DNA of 34,550 nucleotides from a virus. Lineage: Duplodnaviria; Caudoviricetes. Numbering within the stretch: the stretch's first letter is position 1; each line of letters opens with the position of its first letter. The stretch is from positions 1-34,550 of the IMG/VR virus record IMGVR_UViG_3300044723_009708. The stretch is one strand, 5' to 3'. Of the stretch, positions 26,546 to 34,549 are shown piece by piece. The translations under genes and the position numbers were made by a program. The notes beneath the pieces were generated by a model that did not search any database, was not told the DNA's origin, and worked only from the letters and a program-made list of their open reading frames with translations.

Positions 26546-27900
26546 TATACTCTCCTAGTATAAAATCGTCCTATTGCAAATTGAACTGCTATTTCTCGAA
26601 GAGATGCGTCTATTACTTGTCTAGGGTCTCTATTAGCGTCTCCTTGAGCATAGCCGGGCTCAAACGTTTGATAGGGAAACTTATCATAAGTATACCCTAC
26701 GCTTGGAAATCCTTGAGGAGTAGCCACAATATCGGTTACTCTTGTAGAAGCTGCAAATCTTCCTGTTCTATTTTCAAGTCCCGGGGCTCTCATGTTTTTT
26801 CGTACGGTCTGAGGAAGTTGGCTATTCATCATTACCATCATGTTTAATGGTATGCTCGCTGCGGTAGCTTTTCCTTTTGCCGAGCCTCTTTTTTTACGAA
26901 TTAAAGGAACTTTTACGGGAGATTTTGCGGACTTCCTTTTAGTTTTCTTTTTAGAAGCAGGAGGTAGAATGTCCTCTGAATTACTTTTTGTAGGCTTCGG
27001 CTTTTTATTGTTAAAGTTTTTCTTTCTGCCTTTTCCCAAAAAGTTTGCAAAAGCATCTTCTACATCTTCCTCTATATTGTTGGAGCCTCGTATACTTCCA
27101 ACGTCTATGTCTCCGATTAAGTCTGCAAAAATATTTTCGTCTTGTTGAATTATTCCTGCAAAAACTTCCCCAACCCATGCAGAAAGTCTTCCTTTAAACT
27201 GATTAAGATCTGTGTACTCTGCTTCAAGTACTATCTTTCCCTTAGCCCCTTTAACTATATCAACATCTTTTTGCCACTTTGCTGTAATATCTGGACCTTT
27301 TGTTGCTACATCTCTTAAGAACTCTATTAGATCTGTTTTTGCCTCTTGCGTGCTGCCCGTTATTTTATCAATTTTATCAATTTCTTCTACAATTTCTCTT
27401 AAAGCTAATAGTTCCTTTCTTTCTTTAGAAGAAAGGAAAGTCTCTTTTGCATCTTCTGATAAAACTAAAGATATTTTTGCCCGTAGTACGGATATATTTT
27501 TATGGCCAATTTGATGGCTGTCTCTTAACTCTGGTATAAGTTTATTATAAAAATTTTTATTTTGTCGAAAGTTTGCGCTGTCTTCAACTATTTTAGTTGC
27601 TGAAGCTACTGTTATTTTTCCTGCGCCTTTTCCTTTTCCTGCGCCTTTCGTATCTTCTATACTCCCTAAGTCAATTACTTTGCGAGAAGTTCTGGCGTCT
27701 TCTTCGGACATGCCTTTTGTTGCAGCATTGTATACATCTACAAATTTATTATAACGATTAAAGTATTTTTCATCTAGATCAAGAATTTGTGTTACTATCT
27801 TATTTCTGTCTATAAGTTTTCGAAGCACTTTTGATTTAACAGATCGTCTCCGTCGTGCCTCCGACCCTATATCATCTATAGTTATGTTTCTTTTTTTCAT
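26545..27900 (-). CDS. Tail completion/neck protein (T5 p143-like C-terminus) with long N-terminal region, 451 aa
   Basis: C-terminal LENRTGRFAAS...YTY...PYQTFEP...RDPRQVI..SLREIA; synteny between head completion and tail terminator genes. Confidence 0.75.
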   Translation of the reverse strand: MKKRNITIDDIGSEARRRRSVKSKVLRKLIDRNKIVTQILDLDEKYFNRYNKFVDVYNAATKGMSEEDARTSRKVIDLGSIEDTKGAGKGKGAGKITVASATKIVEDSANFRQNKNFYNKLIPELRDSHQIGHKNISVLRAKISLVLSEDAKETFLSSKERKELLALREIVEEIDKIDKITGSTQEAKTDLIEFLRDVATKGPDITAKWQKDVDIVKGAKGKIVLEAEYTDLNQFKGRLSAWVGEVFAGIIQQDENIFADLIGDIDVGSIRGSNNIEEDVEDAFANFLGKGRKKNFNNKKPKPTKSNSEDILPPASKKKTKRKSAKSPVKVPLIRKKRGSAKGKATAASIPLNMMVMMNSQLPQTVRKNMRAPGLENRTGRFAASTRVTDIVATPQGFPSVGYTYDKFPYQTFEPGYAQGDANRDPRQVIDASLREIAVQFAIGRFYTRRV

Positions 27901-28472
27901 TAAAAGTTTTTATACATGTCCAAGACTCTTTTTATATGATCTGGAAAACCTCGGCCCTCTCCACTAGGAGCATTTTCCATAGTAGCTCCTTGAAGAGTTC
28001 GTCGTGACTTATGTTCGTCTTTAAAATAGTAATTAATTAAGTCAATTACTGCTATTTGTAAATCTAAAGGAGTCGAAGCATACCCCGCAGTATAAGTAAT
28101 TTTTACTGCTCCTACTCCTCTGGGCCAATTCGAGTAAGAAATACCATTTATAGAAACAATACTGTCTGTTGCAGACTCAAAGTACCATTTGTCGTTAGGC
28201 AAAGAAACATAAGGCGAATCTGGCTGCTCTCTAGTTTCTACCGATACTACAGTATTAACTGGACTTTCTGTTAACTGCACTACATAAGTGCCCCAATCAA
28301 TACTAAACACCTCTACTTTATTAGTAGAGTAATAATCCACAAAAGTATTTGCACAATAAGTTTTTACTAATTGACTCACAGAATCGATAATGCGAGTAAT
28401 TTTATAGTCATCCTTAGGACTCTGGATGCCTTCTGCGTCTTTAAACTGCTGTAAAGTTATAAGATTTGCCAT
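27900..28472 (-). CDS. Head completion / head-tail connector protein, 190 aa (start reassigned to ATG 28472)
   Basis: MANLITL..FK, SQLVKTYC, LTESPV, VKITYTAGY.STPLDL, FPDHIKRVLDMYK. The track's GTG start at 28508 lies inside the terminator stem. Confidence 0.87.
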   Translation of the reverse strand: MANLITLQQFKDAEGIQSPKDDYKITRIIDSVSQLVKTYCANTFVDYYSTNKVEVFSIDWGTYVVQLTESPVNTVVSVETREQPDSPYVSLPNDKWYFESATDSIVSINGISYSNWPRGVGAVKITYTAGYASTPLDLQIAVIDLINYYFKDEHKSRRTLQGATMENAPSGEGRGFPDHIKRVLDMYKNF

Positions 28473-28485
28473 AAAGTCAATTAGT

Positions 28486-28516
28486 AAAAACTTGGGGTGG
28501 AAACCCACCCCAGTTT
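28486..28516 (-). terminator. Intrinsic terminator after the major capsid gene
   Basis: Minus strand GGGGTGG-GTTT-CCACCCC followed by AAGTTTTT, just downstream of the capsid stop. Confidence 0.85.
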
Positions 28517-28528
28517 ATAGCTTAGCTA

Positions 28529-30574
28529 TTAGCCATTAGCATACTTCATCATTGAAACAGGGAGTCCGACAGTAGCGGCATCGCCTGCGAAGAGCTCTTC
28601 GAAGCCAACAGATTGGCTAGCAACGATTGCAGTACGCTGGTTACCAACTTGGTACTCGGTTTCAAGGCTTACGCCCTTCATTCGAGGAATAATATAGTTG
28701 GGAACATTGACAAGCAAGGCACACGGCTCGATTGCTGTAGCAACAGTCTTATCTACTGCAAGACCTGCGTCATCAGATACTACCACTGGAATTGCAAAGA
28801 TTGAGCCTACAACACCAGTTCGCTTGATAGCAAGATCAGTACCCACTTCAGTAATGTCTTGGAAGTTGACATCTGAAAGCAGATCGTTATATCCTGTGTA
28901 CGAAACTACAAGCATAAGATCAGCAGGGTTCAGGCCATACTTCTTCATTTGCGCACGCATACGAAGAACATCTTGACCAATCAGTGAGTCTGCACCAGCA
29001 CCAGATTGAGTAATACCAGCCGTAGCAGTACCAGATACAATCTGTGCATTAGAGAAACCACCTGCGCCAATCAGACCTGAAGCAGCTTGACCTGCAGCGC
29101 CACTATGACCAGAAACACACATCTTGTCCATTGCTCGAGCATGAGCACGAACCATACCTTCACGAATCATAGGTAGAAGGGCAACCAAAGTTGACTCCTC
29201 AGTATCATTCGTAATGTATGATGTAGACGTCATACGAGCAGCAGTAATAGTCTTCTGGAGCGCATTAAAAGTAGCTGCAGCTTGTGCAGTACCATTTGCA
29301 TTGCCTTGAAGGTCTGCAGGGGAGTTAGTTTCGTCAGTCTGAGAACCAGTTCCGAAAGTAGCAGAGACTGAATCAGGCATCAAAGGAAGTACAGTTTTAG
29401 TGCTATTTACCGCGAGCTCACGGAAAGCACTAGCAACTCTCATCTCAAGAAGAAGTTCCCGCTCAAATTGAGTGGCAGTTTCAACATCAAGAAGAGGAGC
29501 AATGGTACTTGTTGCAGCAATGCCTGCGCCATACTTGTTAATTACACCAGAGGCAAAATCAGTATCCCAACCCTTACGAGTCAAATTACCAAGAATTTTT
29601 GCTTCCAGAATTTCTTGTCCGCCCGCAGAAAGATCGCCTGGCTGAGTACGATCAGAGAACTGACGCTTGCTATTTTGCATAGCGGCAAGCTCTGCAGATT
29701 TCTCTTCAAGCTCTACTTTGTACTTCTGTAAAATATCTGCGGTATTAGCTTGCTCTGCAGCAAACTCTTTTCGCAGATCTTCGGCAAGACGCTCAGTGCC
29801 TGACTCAATGCCCGTACGGATTGAGCTTTCTACTTTCTCTTGCTGTTCTACAGCGGCCTTCTCAGCATCTGCTTGAAGGGCAGCCTTCTCAGCTTCGGCT
29901 TCTTTAGCCGCCTTAGCTTCAGCCTCGGCTGAGGCTTTTTCTTCGGCCTGACGAATTGCAATCTTAGCAGCAGTTTCCTCCGCTACTTTTTTAGCAAAAG
30001 CGTCTAGGTCGATTTCGGGAGTTTTTGTTTCTTCCGACATATCTATCTCCATTAAAGAGGAATCTTCCTCGCTTTTAAAAGTTTTCTTAAAGTCTTCATA
30101 ATCCCGCGTAGAATCAAACGACTTCGACAAAGAAAAAGTAGCTGCTTGATTGCAAGGTACCGTAACAACCGATACTTCAAACAACTCAGCGTCCTTAATC
30201 ATTAATCCGTCGGTTTCCTCAAGGTAATCAGCATCCTTGACTTTGAAACCGACAGAAAACGCTCCAAGGACACCATCTTTGATTAAATTTGCACAGTCAG
30301 CATGTTTACTAATTTTTGCTTCCATATGCAAGCCATCCGCTGTAGGAGTAACTTTTGTTGCTCGTCCAATCGGTCGGTTGTAATCGTGATTAAATAATAT
30401 AATAGGGTTTTTCTCAAAATTACAGAGACCCCCTTTAGTCCATGCCTCCGAAGAGATAGAGTCTCCAGCACGATCAAACGCATTTGTGCTAGCCATTCCA
30501 CGAACCATGATAGAGCCGTCCTCTTGAGGTTCGCTCTTAAATGTAGAAGTTAAGTTAAATGTTTTATTCTGCAT
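28529..30574 (-). CDS. Fused HK97-family prohead protease + scaffold (delta) domain + major capsid protein, 681 aa
   Basis: Residues ~1-165: ILFNHD, AFSVGF, ELFEVSVVTVPCN (U35/S78 protease). ~180-305: A/E/K coiled coil. Remainder HK97-fold-like (PMIREGMVRAHARAMDK, MRAQMKKYGLNP, GSIFAIPVVVSD). Lies between portal and head completion genes. Confidence 0.92.
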   Translation of the reverse strand: MQNKTFNLTSTFKSEPQEDGSIMVRGMASTNAFDRAGDSISSEAWTKGGLCNFEKNPIILFNHDYNRPIGRATKVTPTADGLHMEAKISKHADCANLIKDGVLGAFSVGFKVKDADYLEETDGLMIKDAELFEVSVVTVPCNQAATFSLSKSFDSTRDYEDFKKTFKSEEDSSLMEIDMSEETKTPEIDLDAFAKKVAEETAAKIAIRQAEEKASAEAEAKAAKEAEAEKAALQADAEKAAVEQQEKVESSIRTGIESGTERLAEDLRKEFAAEQANTADILQKYKVELEEKSAELAAMQNSKRQFSDRTQPGDLSAGGQEILEAKILGNLTRKGWDTDFASGVINKYGAGIAATSTIAPLLDVETATQFERELLLEMRVASAFRELAVNSTKTVLPLMPDSVSATFGTGSQTDETNSPADLQGNANGTAQAAATFNALQKTITAARMTSTSYITNDTEESTLVALLPMIREGMVRAHARAMDKMCVSGHSGAAGQAASGLIGAGGFSNAQIVSGTATAGITQSGAGADSLIGQDVLRMRAQMKKYGLNPADLMLVVSYTGYNDLLSDVNFQDITEVGTDLAIKRTGVVGSIFAIPVVVSDDAGLAVDKTVATAIEPCALLVNVPNYIIPRMKGVSLETEYQVGNQRTAIVASQSVGFEELFAGDAATVGLPVSMMKYANG
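30038..30050 (-). promoter_or_regulatory. Internal in-frame translation start (GGAG-6 nt-ATG, Met179) for a 503 aa capsid precursor
   Basis: Minus strand tGGAGatagatATGtcggaa at the protease/scaffold boundary. Confidence 0.7.
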
Positions 30575-30854
30575 CTTTTTTTACCTTTGCCTTAGGGGCG
30601 GGCTTTGGCTTTGGTGAAGCCTTTGAAACAGGCGCTGGAGAGGGGGCGAGATCTACAAAAATTGTAGGATCCACTTTTCGAACCCACTCTAAAGCTAAAG
30701 GGTAGCTTCTAAAATTCTTTAATACGTAAACTGGTGCAATTGGAACATCCCCCTGTGCAACATACTCTTCTATAGTAAGAATTTTACCCTTACGTCGAAA
30801 ATAAGCACTAAGTTGACGGGCTCCTGTGATTGCATGATTTTTTCTTACTCCCAT
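30564..30854 (-). CDS. Small basic protein with Pro/Ala/Lys tail; positional equivalent of T5 decoration protein pb10
   Basis: 96 aa between portal and protease; RBS AAGGAG; function inferred from synteny only. Confidence 0.65.
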   Translation of the reverse strand: MGVRKNHAITGARQLSAYFRRKGKILTIEEYVAQGDVPIAPVYVLKNFRSYPLALEWVRKVDPTIFVDLAPSPAPVSKASPKPKPAPKAKVKKDAE

Positions 30855-30855
30855 A

Positions 30856-32043
30856 TTAATCTCCTTCTGATTCTGAAGGCCTTCCGCCTTCGTCGGGGTT
30901 TGCTGCGCTACCTGCTATGTTTTGGGGTACTCTGATTTCATCTTGCCCTGCTATTACTTCGTACCCTAGCTGCTCCCGAGCTTCATTAATTGTTATAATT
31001 CCTCCATTAACTAAAGAAGTATAGTAAGCTGCTGCATCTCTAAGTTCAGGCTGCAATGCAGGTATGTCTGTTACATCTTCGGTAATATTGAAACCAAAAT
31101 ATCGTGATAGTGCAAAATTAATCTTTCGTACAATAGGTAAAATTGTTTCAAGATAGTACAGCCTCATATTAGGACGAAGATTTGCATTATTTCCAGAGTC
31201 TAATAAAATGGGGGGAACTCCCAAAGATTTAAGAATTACTTTTTCATGTTCTATTATAGCATTTTGAAAATCTAATTCTTTAAAATTAGTATTGGAGTAA
31301 CTATCTATTTCCAACCCCCCATCTAGGATAAGGGGTCTACGACCTCCCGAATCTGGGCGATAGCGTAAAGTCCAAGATTGAATCATACGCTCTTTAATTT
31401 TTTCTGATAAAGTATTTGGAGATTTTAGCACTAGTCCAGGAACTGCGCCATTTCTAAAAAAGTTATCTTGAAAGTCTCTCATATCTCTAACAAGCTGCAT
31501 AGTTCTCGTAGCGGGCTTTAGTCTAGAGACTCCTCTATATATGGAGTGAAAAGAATTTTCTTTAATATGAATTATTTCATTAACTTTATAATCAATACTC
31601 TGTAAAGTATACTTTTCTACAAAAGTAGAGGGGTCTGCTTGAACTCGTACTTTATCAGCGGGTAGATGATATAAATGTGCGCCATCAAAATAAATAAAAA
31701 TATTACCATCTATTAGATAGTCTGTAATTAAATTGCGCTTAAAGCTACTTATATCTTGAAAAGGGTTAGGAGTACGATTTAAAAGTTCTTCTACTTTTCC
31801 TCTTTTAACTCCTGTTACTACGCCTCTATATGCTCCTTGAGGGCTTATGGACGAAGGTATTTCTGCGGCGTCATCCACAATCATGTTAACGCCTCGGTTT
31901 ACTACTTCGAGCTGCTCATACATGCGCTCATATTGAGTAGTAAACTCTCGAGAACTTTCAGACTTTCCTGTATCTAGTATCTGTCCAGGATTAAGCTTTT
32001 CTTCTATGTCCTCTGGCTTTTGCCAAAAATTATACCATGCCAT
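30856..32043 (-). CDS. Portal protein (HK97 family, T5-like), 395 aa
   Basis: LIDGNIFIY, EIIHIK, GVSRL, NFFRNGAVPGLVL, LGVPPILL, GIITINEARE.LG. Confidence 0.96.
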   Translation of the reverse strand: MAWYNFWQKPEDIEEKLNPGQILDTGKSESSREFTTQYERMYEQLEVVNRGVNMIVDDAAEIPSSISPQGAYRGVVTGVKRGKVEELLNRTPNPFQDISSFKRNLITDYLIDGNIFIYFDGAHLYHLPADKVRVQADPSTFVEKYTLQSIDYKVNEIIHIKENSFHSIYRGVSRLKPATRTMQLVRDMRDFQDNFFRNGAVPGLVLKSPNTLSEKIKERMIQSWTLRYRPDSGGRRPLILDGGLEIDSYSNTNFKELDFQNAIIEHEKVILKSLGVPPILLDSGNNANLRPNMRLYYLETILPIVRKINFALSRYFGFNITEDVTDIPALQPELRDAAAYYTSLVNGGIITINEAREQLGYEVIAGQDEIRVPQNIAGSAANPDEGGRPSESEGD

Positions 32044-32413
32044 GTTTTTCTCTTTGAATCTCTACCCAGCGCATCTGTTTTCGTGCGGTCACTAGGGCGG
32101 GGTTTCTACCGTACAATCTATGCAGTTCCAAATGATGTTTATGGCATAAAGTAGCTGTGTGCTCATATAGCTCCGGCCACTTATCCTCAATAAATTCATC
32201 TCGCCAAATTACAATATATTCATCTATATAGTGCTCTGGTCGTTCTTTTTGTTTTTCTTTTAACCATTCTCTAAGTAGAGGTGCGAGAGTGTAAAAATGA
32301 TGGAAATCAAGCTGATCTGTTGCCTCACAAATTTCACAGGCGGATCCTTTTTCGTACTTTGATTTAGCTCGATCTCTGATATATTTTACCGGATCTCTTT
32401 TTAGCTTTTTCAT
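32030..32413 (-). CDS. HNH-type endonuclease (T5 nicking endonuclease-like), 127 aa
   Basis: CxxC (CEIC), LDFHH, TLCHKHH..LH; between terminase and portal as in T5. Confidence 0.88.
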   Translation of the reverse strand: MKKLKRDPVKYIRDRAKSKYEKGSACEICEATDQLDFHHFYTLAPLLREWLKEKQKERPEHYIDEYIVIWRDEFIEDKWPELYEHTATLCHKHHLELHRLYGRNPALVTARKQMRWVEIQREKHGMV

Positions 32414-32418
32414 TTTGA

Positions 32419-32458
32419 ATTATAGCCTTTATAAGATAAATTGTCAAACATTATTTTT
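32419..32458 (-). promoter_or_regulatory. Perfect consensus sigma70 promoter for the HNH-portal-head operon
   Basis: TTGACA (32447-32442), 17 nt spacer, TATAAT (32424-32419), upstream AAAAATAA; intergenic. Confidence 0.92.
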
Positions 32459-32470
32459 CGTTAGGTGTTA

Positions 32471-33775
32471 CTAGAACCCACTCTGACTTGTTTCAAACGA
32501 GTATAGTGCGTATCGAAGAGCATCTGCCATATGCGACGCTCTATTATGTTTAGGTTTTTCTTTTGCTAAATTCGGATTAGGGTCCCACTGATACTGGTCT
32601 AAGCAAGATAATGTTTCGTCGCATCGCTGATCAACAAGTAATTTGTCGTTGTCTACTATCGCTGCTACATGCGCGATGCCGTCCAGTACAGATTTCTTTG
32701 CGTTAGTTGTTGAAATATCGTATTGTAAAGCGAAGTCATATCGAGTTTGTTGTGCAGCGGAATCAATGAATATAAAATCGATATCCCATTTAGATACTAA
32801 ATTTTGTATTTCAAGGGCATGTTGTTCCGTTGTTTTTTCTGCATCAAGATACTCATCTAGTAAGTAGTACTGCTCTTCATCCCAATCATACCCGATTACA
32901 CAAAAAGCAGTAGGATCACGGTAACCGACGTCAAGGCCAGCAAATACATCCATATTAGAGGTATCCAATGCTTCATTGTTAGAGATACATTTTTCGTGGT
33001 CAAAATTCCAAATTTGTCCTTCATAAGTATTAAAGTCTGCTTCATATTCTTGTTTAAATTCTGCTTCTGACATACTTTTACGTGCTTCACTAATATCTGT
33101 CTCACTCATGCGCGGGTTATCACGATAAGTTGCACGTATCGAACACCACTCAGCGAACTCATCATTAAACCCTCTATCAAAAAACTCGGCAAACCAGTTG
33201 TTCCTGCCCCGGGGGGTTGAGATAAAAATTGCTTTAGAATTATCTTTATCCAATGTTGGTCGAAGTGCTACATTAAACGCATCACGTCCGTCTGCCAACG
33301 CCGCTTCGTCAAATATAATTAAATCGTAGCTTCGTCCTACACAGGAATCAACTTGGTTTACTGAGCCCATTCTTACTGTTGAGCCGTTGCTTAGTTCAAT
33401 AACCTTATCTTTTGCGTTATCTTTAACAACTTCTAAGTCAAAATGTTTGATGAGATTTCTTTGTAAATCAAAAGAAATCTGAGACAGTGAGTAATTGGGA
33501 GACATTATAAGAATGTTTGAATTCGGAACTAGGGAGACTAGTTGGCCGATTATATTTGCGATGTATGTTTTGCCTTGTCTACGACTTACTGCGGCACATA
33601 CAAATCTATATTTAGGGTTATTAATCGCATTTATGATTGCTACCTGAGAAGGTAGCGGAGTTATGCCGAGTAGCTCTAAGTAAGGGTCTACTGGTAATTT
33701 TAGGAAACGTGTCTCAGATTGTAAAGTATGCAGAGCATCTCCAGTAATGTCAGCTCTACTTATTTGTATTGTCAT
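32471..33775 (-). CDS. terL: Terminase large subunit, 434 aa
   Basis: Walker A SRRQGKT, Walker B LIIFDEAA, ISTPRG coupling motif, nuclease GLDVG and HMADALRY. Confidence 0.97.
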   Translation of the reverse strand: MTIQISRADITGDALHTLQSETRFLKLPVDPYLELLGITPLPSQVAIINAINNPKYRFVCAAVSRRQGKTYIANIIGQLVSLVPNSNILIMSPNYSLSQISFDLQRNLIKHFDLEVVKDNAKDKVIELSNGSTVRMGSVNQVDSCVGRSYDLIIFDEAALADGRDAFNVALRPTLDKDNSKAIFISTPRGRNNWFAEFFDRGFNDEFAEWCSIRATYRDNPRMSETDISEARKSMSEAEFKQEYEADFNTYEGQIWNFDHEKCISNNEALDTSNMDVFAGLDVGYRDPTAFCVIGYDWDEEQYYLLDEYLDAEKTTEQHALEIQNLVSKWDIDFIFIDSAAQQTRYDFALQYDISTTNAKKSVLDGIAHVAAIVDNDKLLVDQRCDETLSCLDQYQWDPNPNLAKEKPKHNRASHMADALRYALYSFETSQSGF

Positions 33776-33777
33776 AG

Positions 33778-34149
33778 CTATTGCTCTACTTTTGTTGCGT
33801 CTCGATAGTAGATAATTATTTCTTTTTGTTGGCGTATATACCTGCGAAGTTCTTGCAGGTTGAATGCCATATTCTCATAGTCTTGAGGAGTTAGCCCAAA
33901 AATTACAAAAGTTCCATCTTGCATTTTACTTATACGAGTAATTTGCTCCTCAAGATTTTTTTCTGTGACTACAAAAAATTCTACGTCTTGTAAATCTATT
34001 TTCTTAGGGAGCTGAGGCTGATAGATTTCCAGTGTTTTATATTCAGTTACAGTTTTTATTACAGGCTCTGGTATAGGTAGGGGTTCAGTTTTCAAAAAAG
34101 AACACCCAGATAAAAGTACTATTGCTAAAAAACTAGTTAATATCCGCAT
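33778..34149 (-). CDS. o-spanin (outer membrane lipoprotein), 123 aa; start reassigned to ATG 34149
   Basis: MRILTSFLAIVLLSG-C lipobox, Pro-rich linker, helical C-terminus; GAGG RBS before ATG 34149; overlaps the i-spanin 3' end. Confidence 0.87.
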   Translation of the reverse strand: MRILTSFLAIVLLSGCSFLKTEPLPIPEPVIKTVTEYKTLEIYQPQLPKKIDLQDVEFFVVTEKNLEEQITRISKMQDGTFVIFGLTPQDYENMAFNLQELRRYIRQQKEIIIYYRDATKVEQ

Positions 34150-34549
34150 TTTGTACCTCTTCACTATCTTTTTCTATTGCGTCAAAAACTGCTTTGGTAC
34201 CCTTATTAATTCTTGGCTCTATAAGCCCGGGCTTTACTCGTGCTAACTTAGTTAGATTGTGCCTTTTAAAAATAGATAAGTAATCATCCATCTCTGCTTG
34301 CATTTCGGTATTTTTGTTTGTTAAGTCAGTTACTGCTTCTAACTGCACTTGTAAGTTTTTTTCGGCACGTTCTCGGGAGGCTTTTTCTCTTTCAAATGCT
34401 GCGTCTAACTTTGCAGCATTTTCTTTCAGTACTACAGTGTTAGCCTCTAGTCTTGCAATTTTTGCTTCTGCCTTGCTTACTGTAGTAGTATGGTAAGCAT
34501 AAGCTCCTCCGGCTACTACAAGTATTAGAGGCGCAGCCTTTATTAGTCC
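34133..34549 (-). CDS. i-spanin (partial, 5' end outside the window)
   Basis: Frame is open to the window edge: GLIKAAPLILVVAGGAYAY (TM), long coiled coil, KPGLIEPRIN motif as in T4 PseT.3-type spanins. Confidence 0.85.
   Translation of the reverse strand, partial: GLIKAAPLILVVAGGAYAYHTTTVSKAEAKIARLEANTVVLKENAAKLDAAFEREKASRERAEKNLQVQLEAVTDLTNKNTEMQAEMDDYLSIFKRHNLTKLARVKPGLIEPRINKGTKAVFDAIEKDSEEVQNADIN

Noticed and set aside
7222-26560. CTAGGAG upstream of three genes as a possible operator
   Set aside because: Adequately explained as an extended Shine-Dalgarno sequence.
28473-28508. GTG start for the head completion gene
   Set aside because: It lies within the terminator hairpin; ATG 28472 gives a typical N-terminus.
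15064-33105. Short out-of-frame minus-strand ORFs (15064, 17070, 18873, 30283, 32896)
   Set aside because: Nested in well-supported genes, about 70 aa, with no recognisable motifs.
32471-33775. Intein or intron in terL, portal or capsid
   Set aside because: Lengths are ordinary, frames are continuous and no splicing motifs were seen.
34133-34348. 71 aa ORF as a complete gene
   Set aside because: The frame is open to the window edge and includes a TM segment; it is the 3' part of the i-spanin.
1049-34496. All plus-strand ORFs in the track (for example 3934-4443, 19587-19928, 26840-27148)
   Set aside because: They are antisense shadows of long minus-strand genes with no motifs, and no plus-strand promoter was seen.
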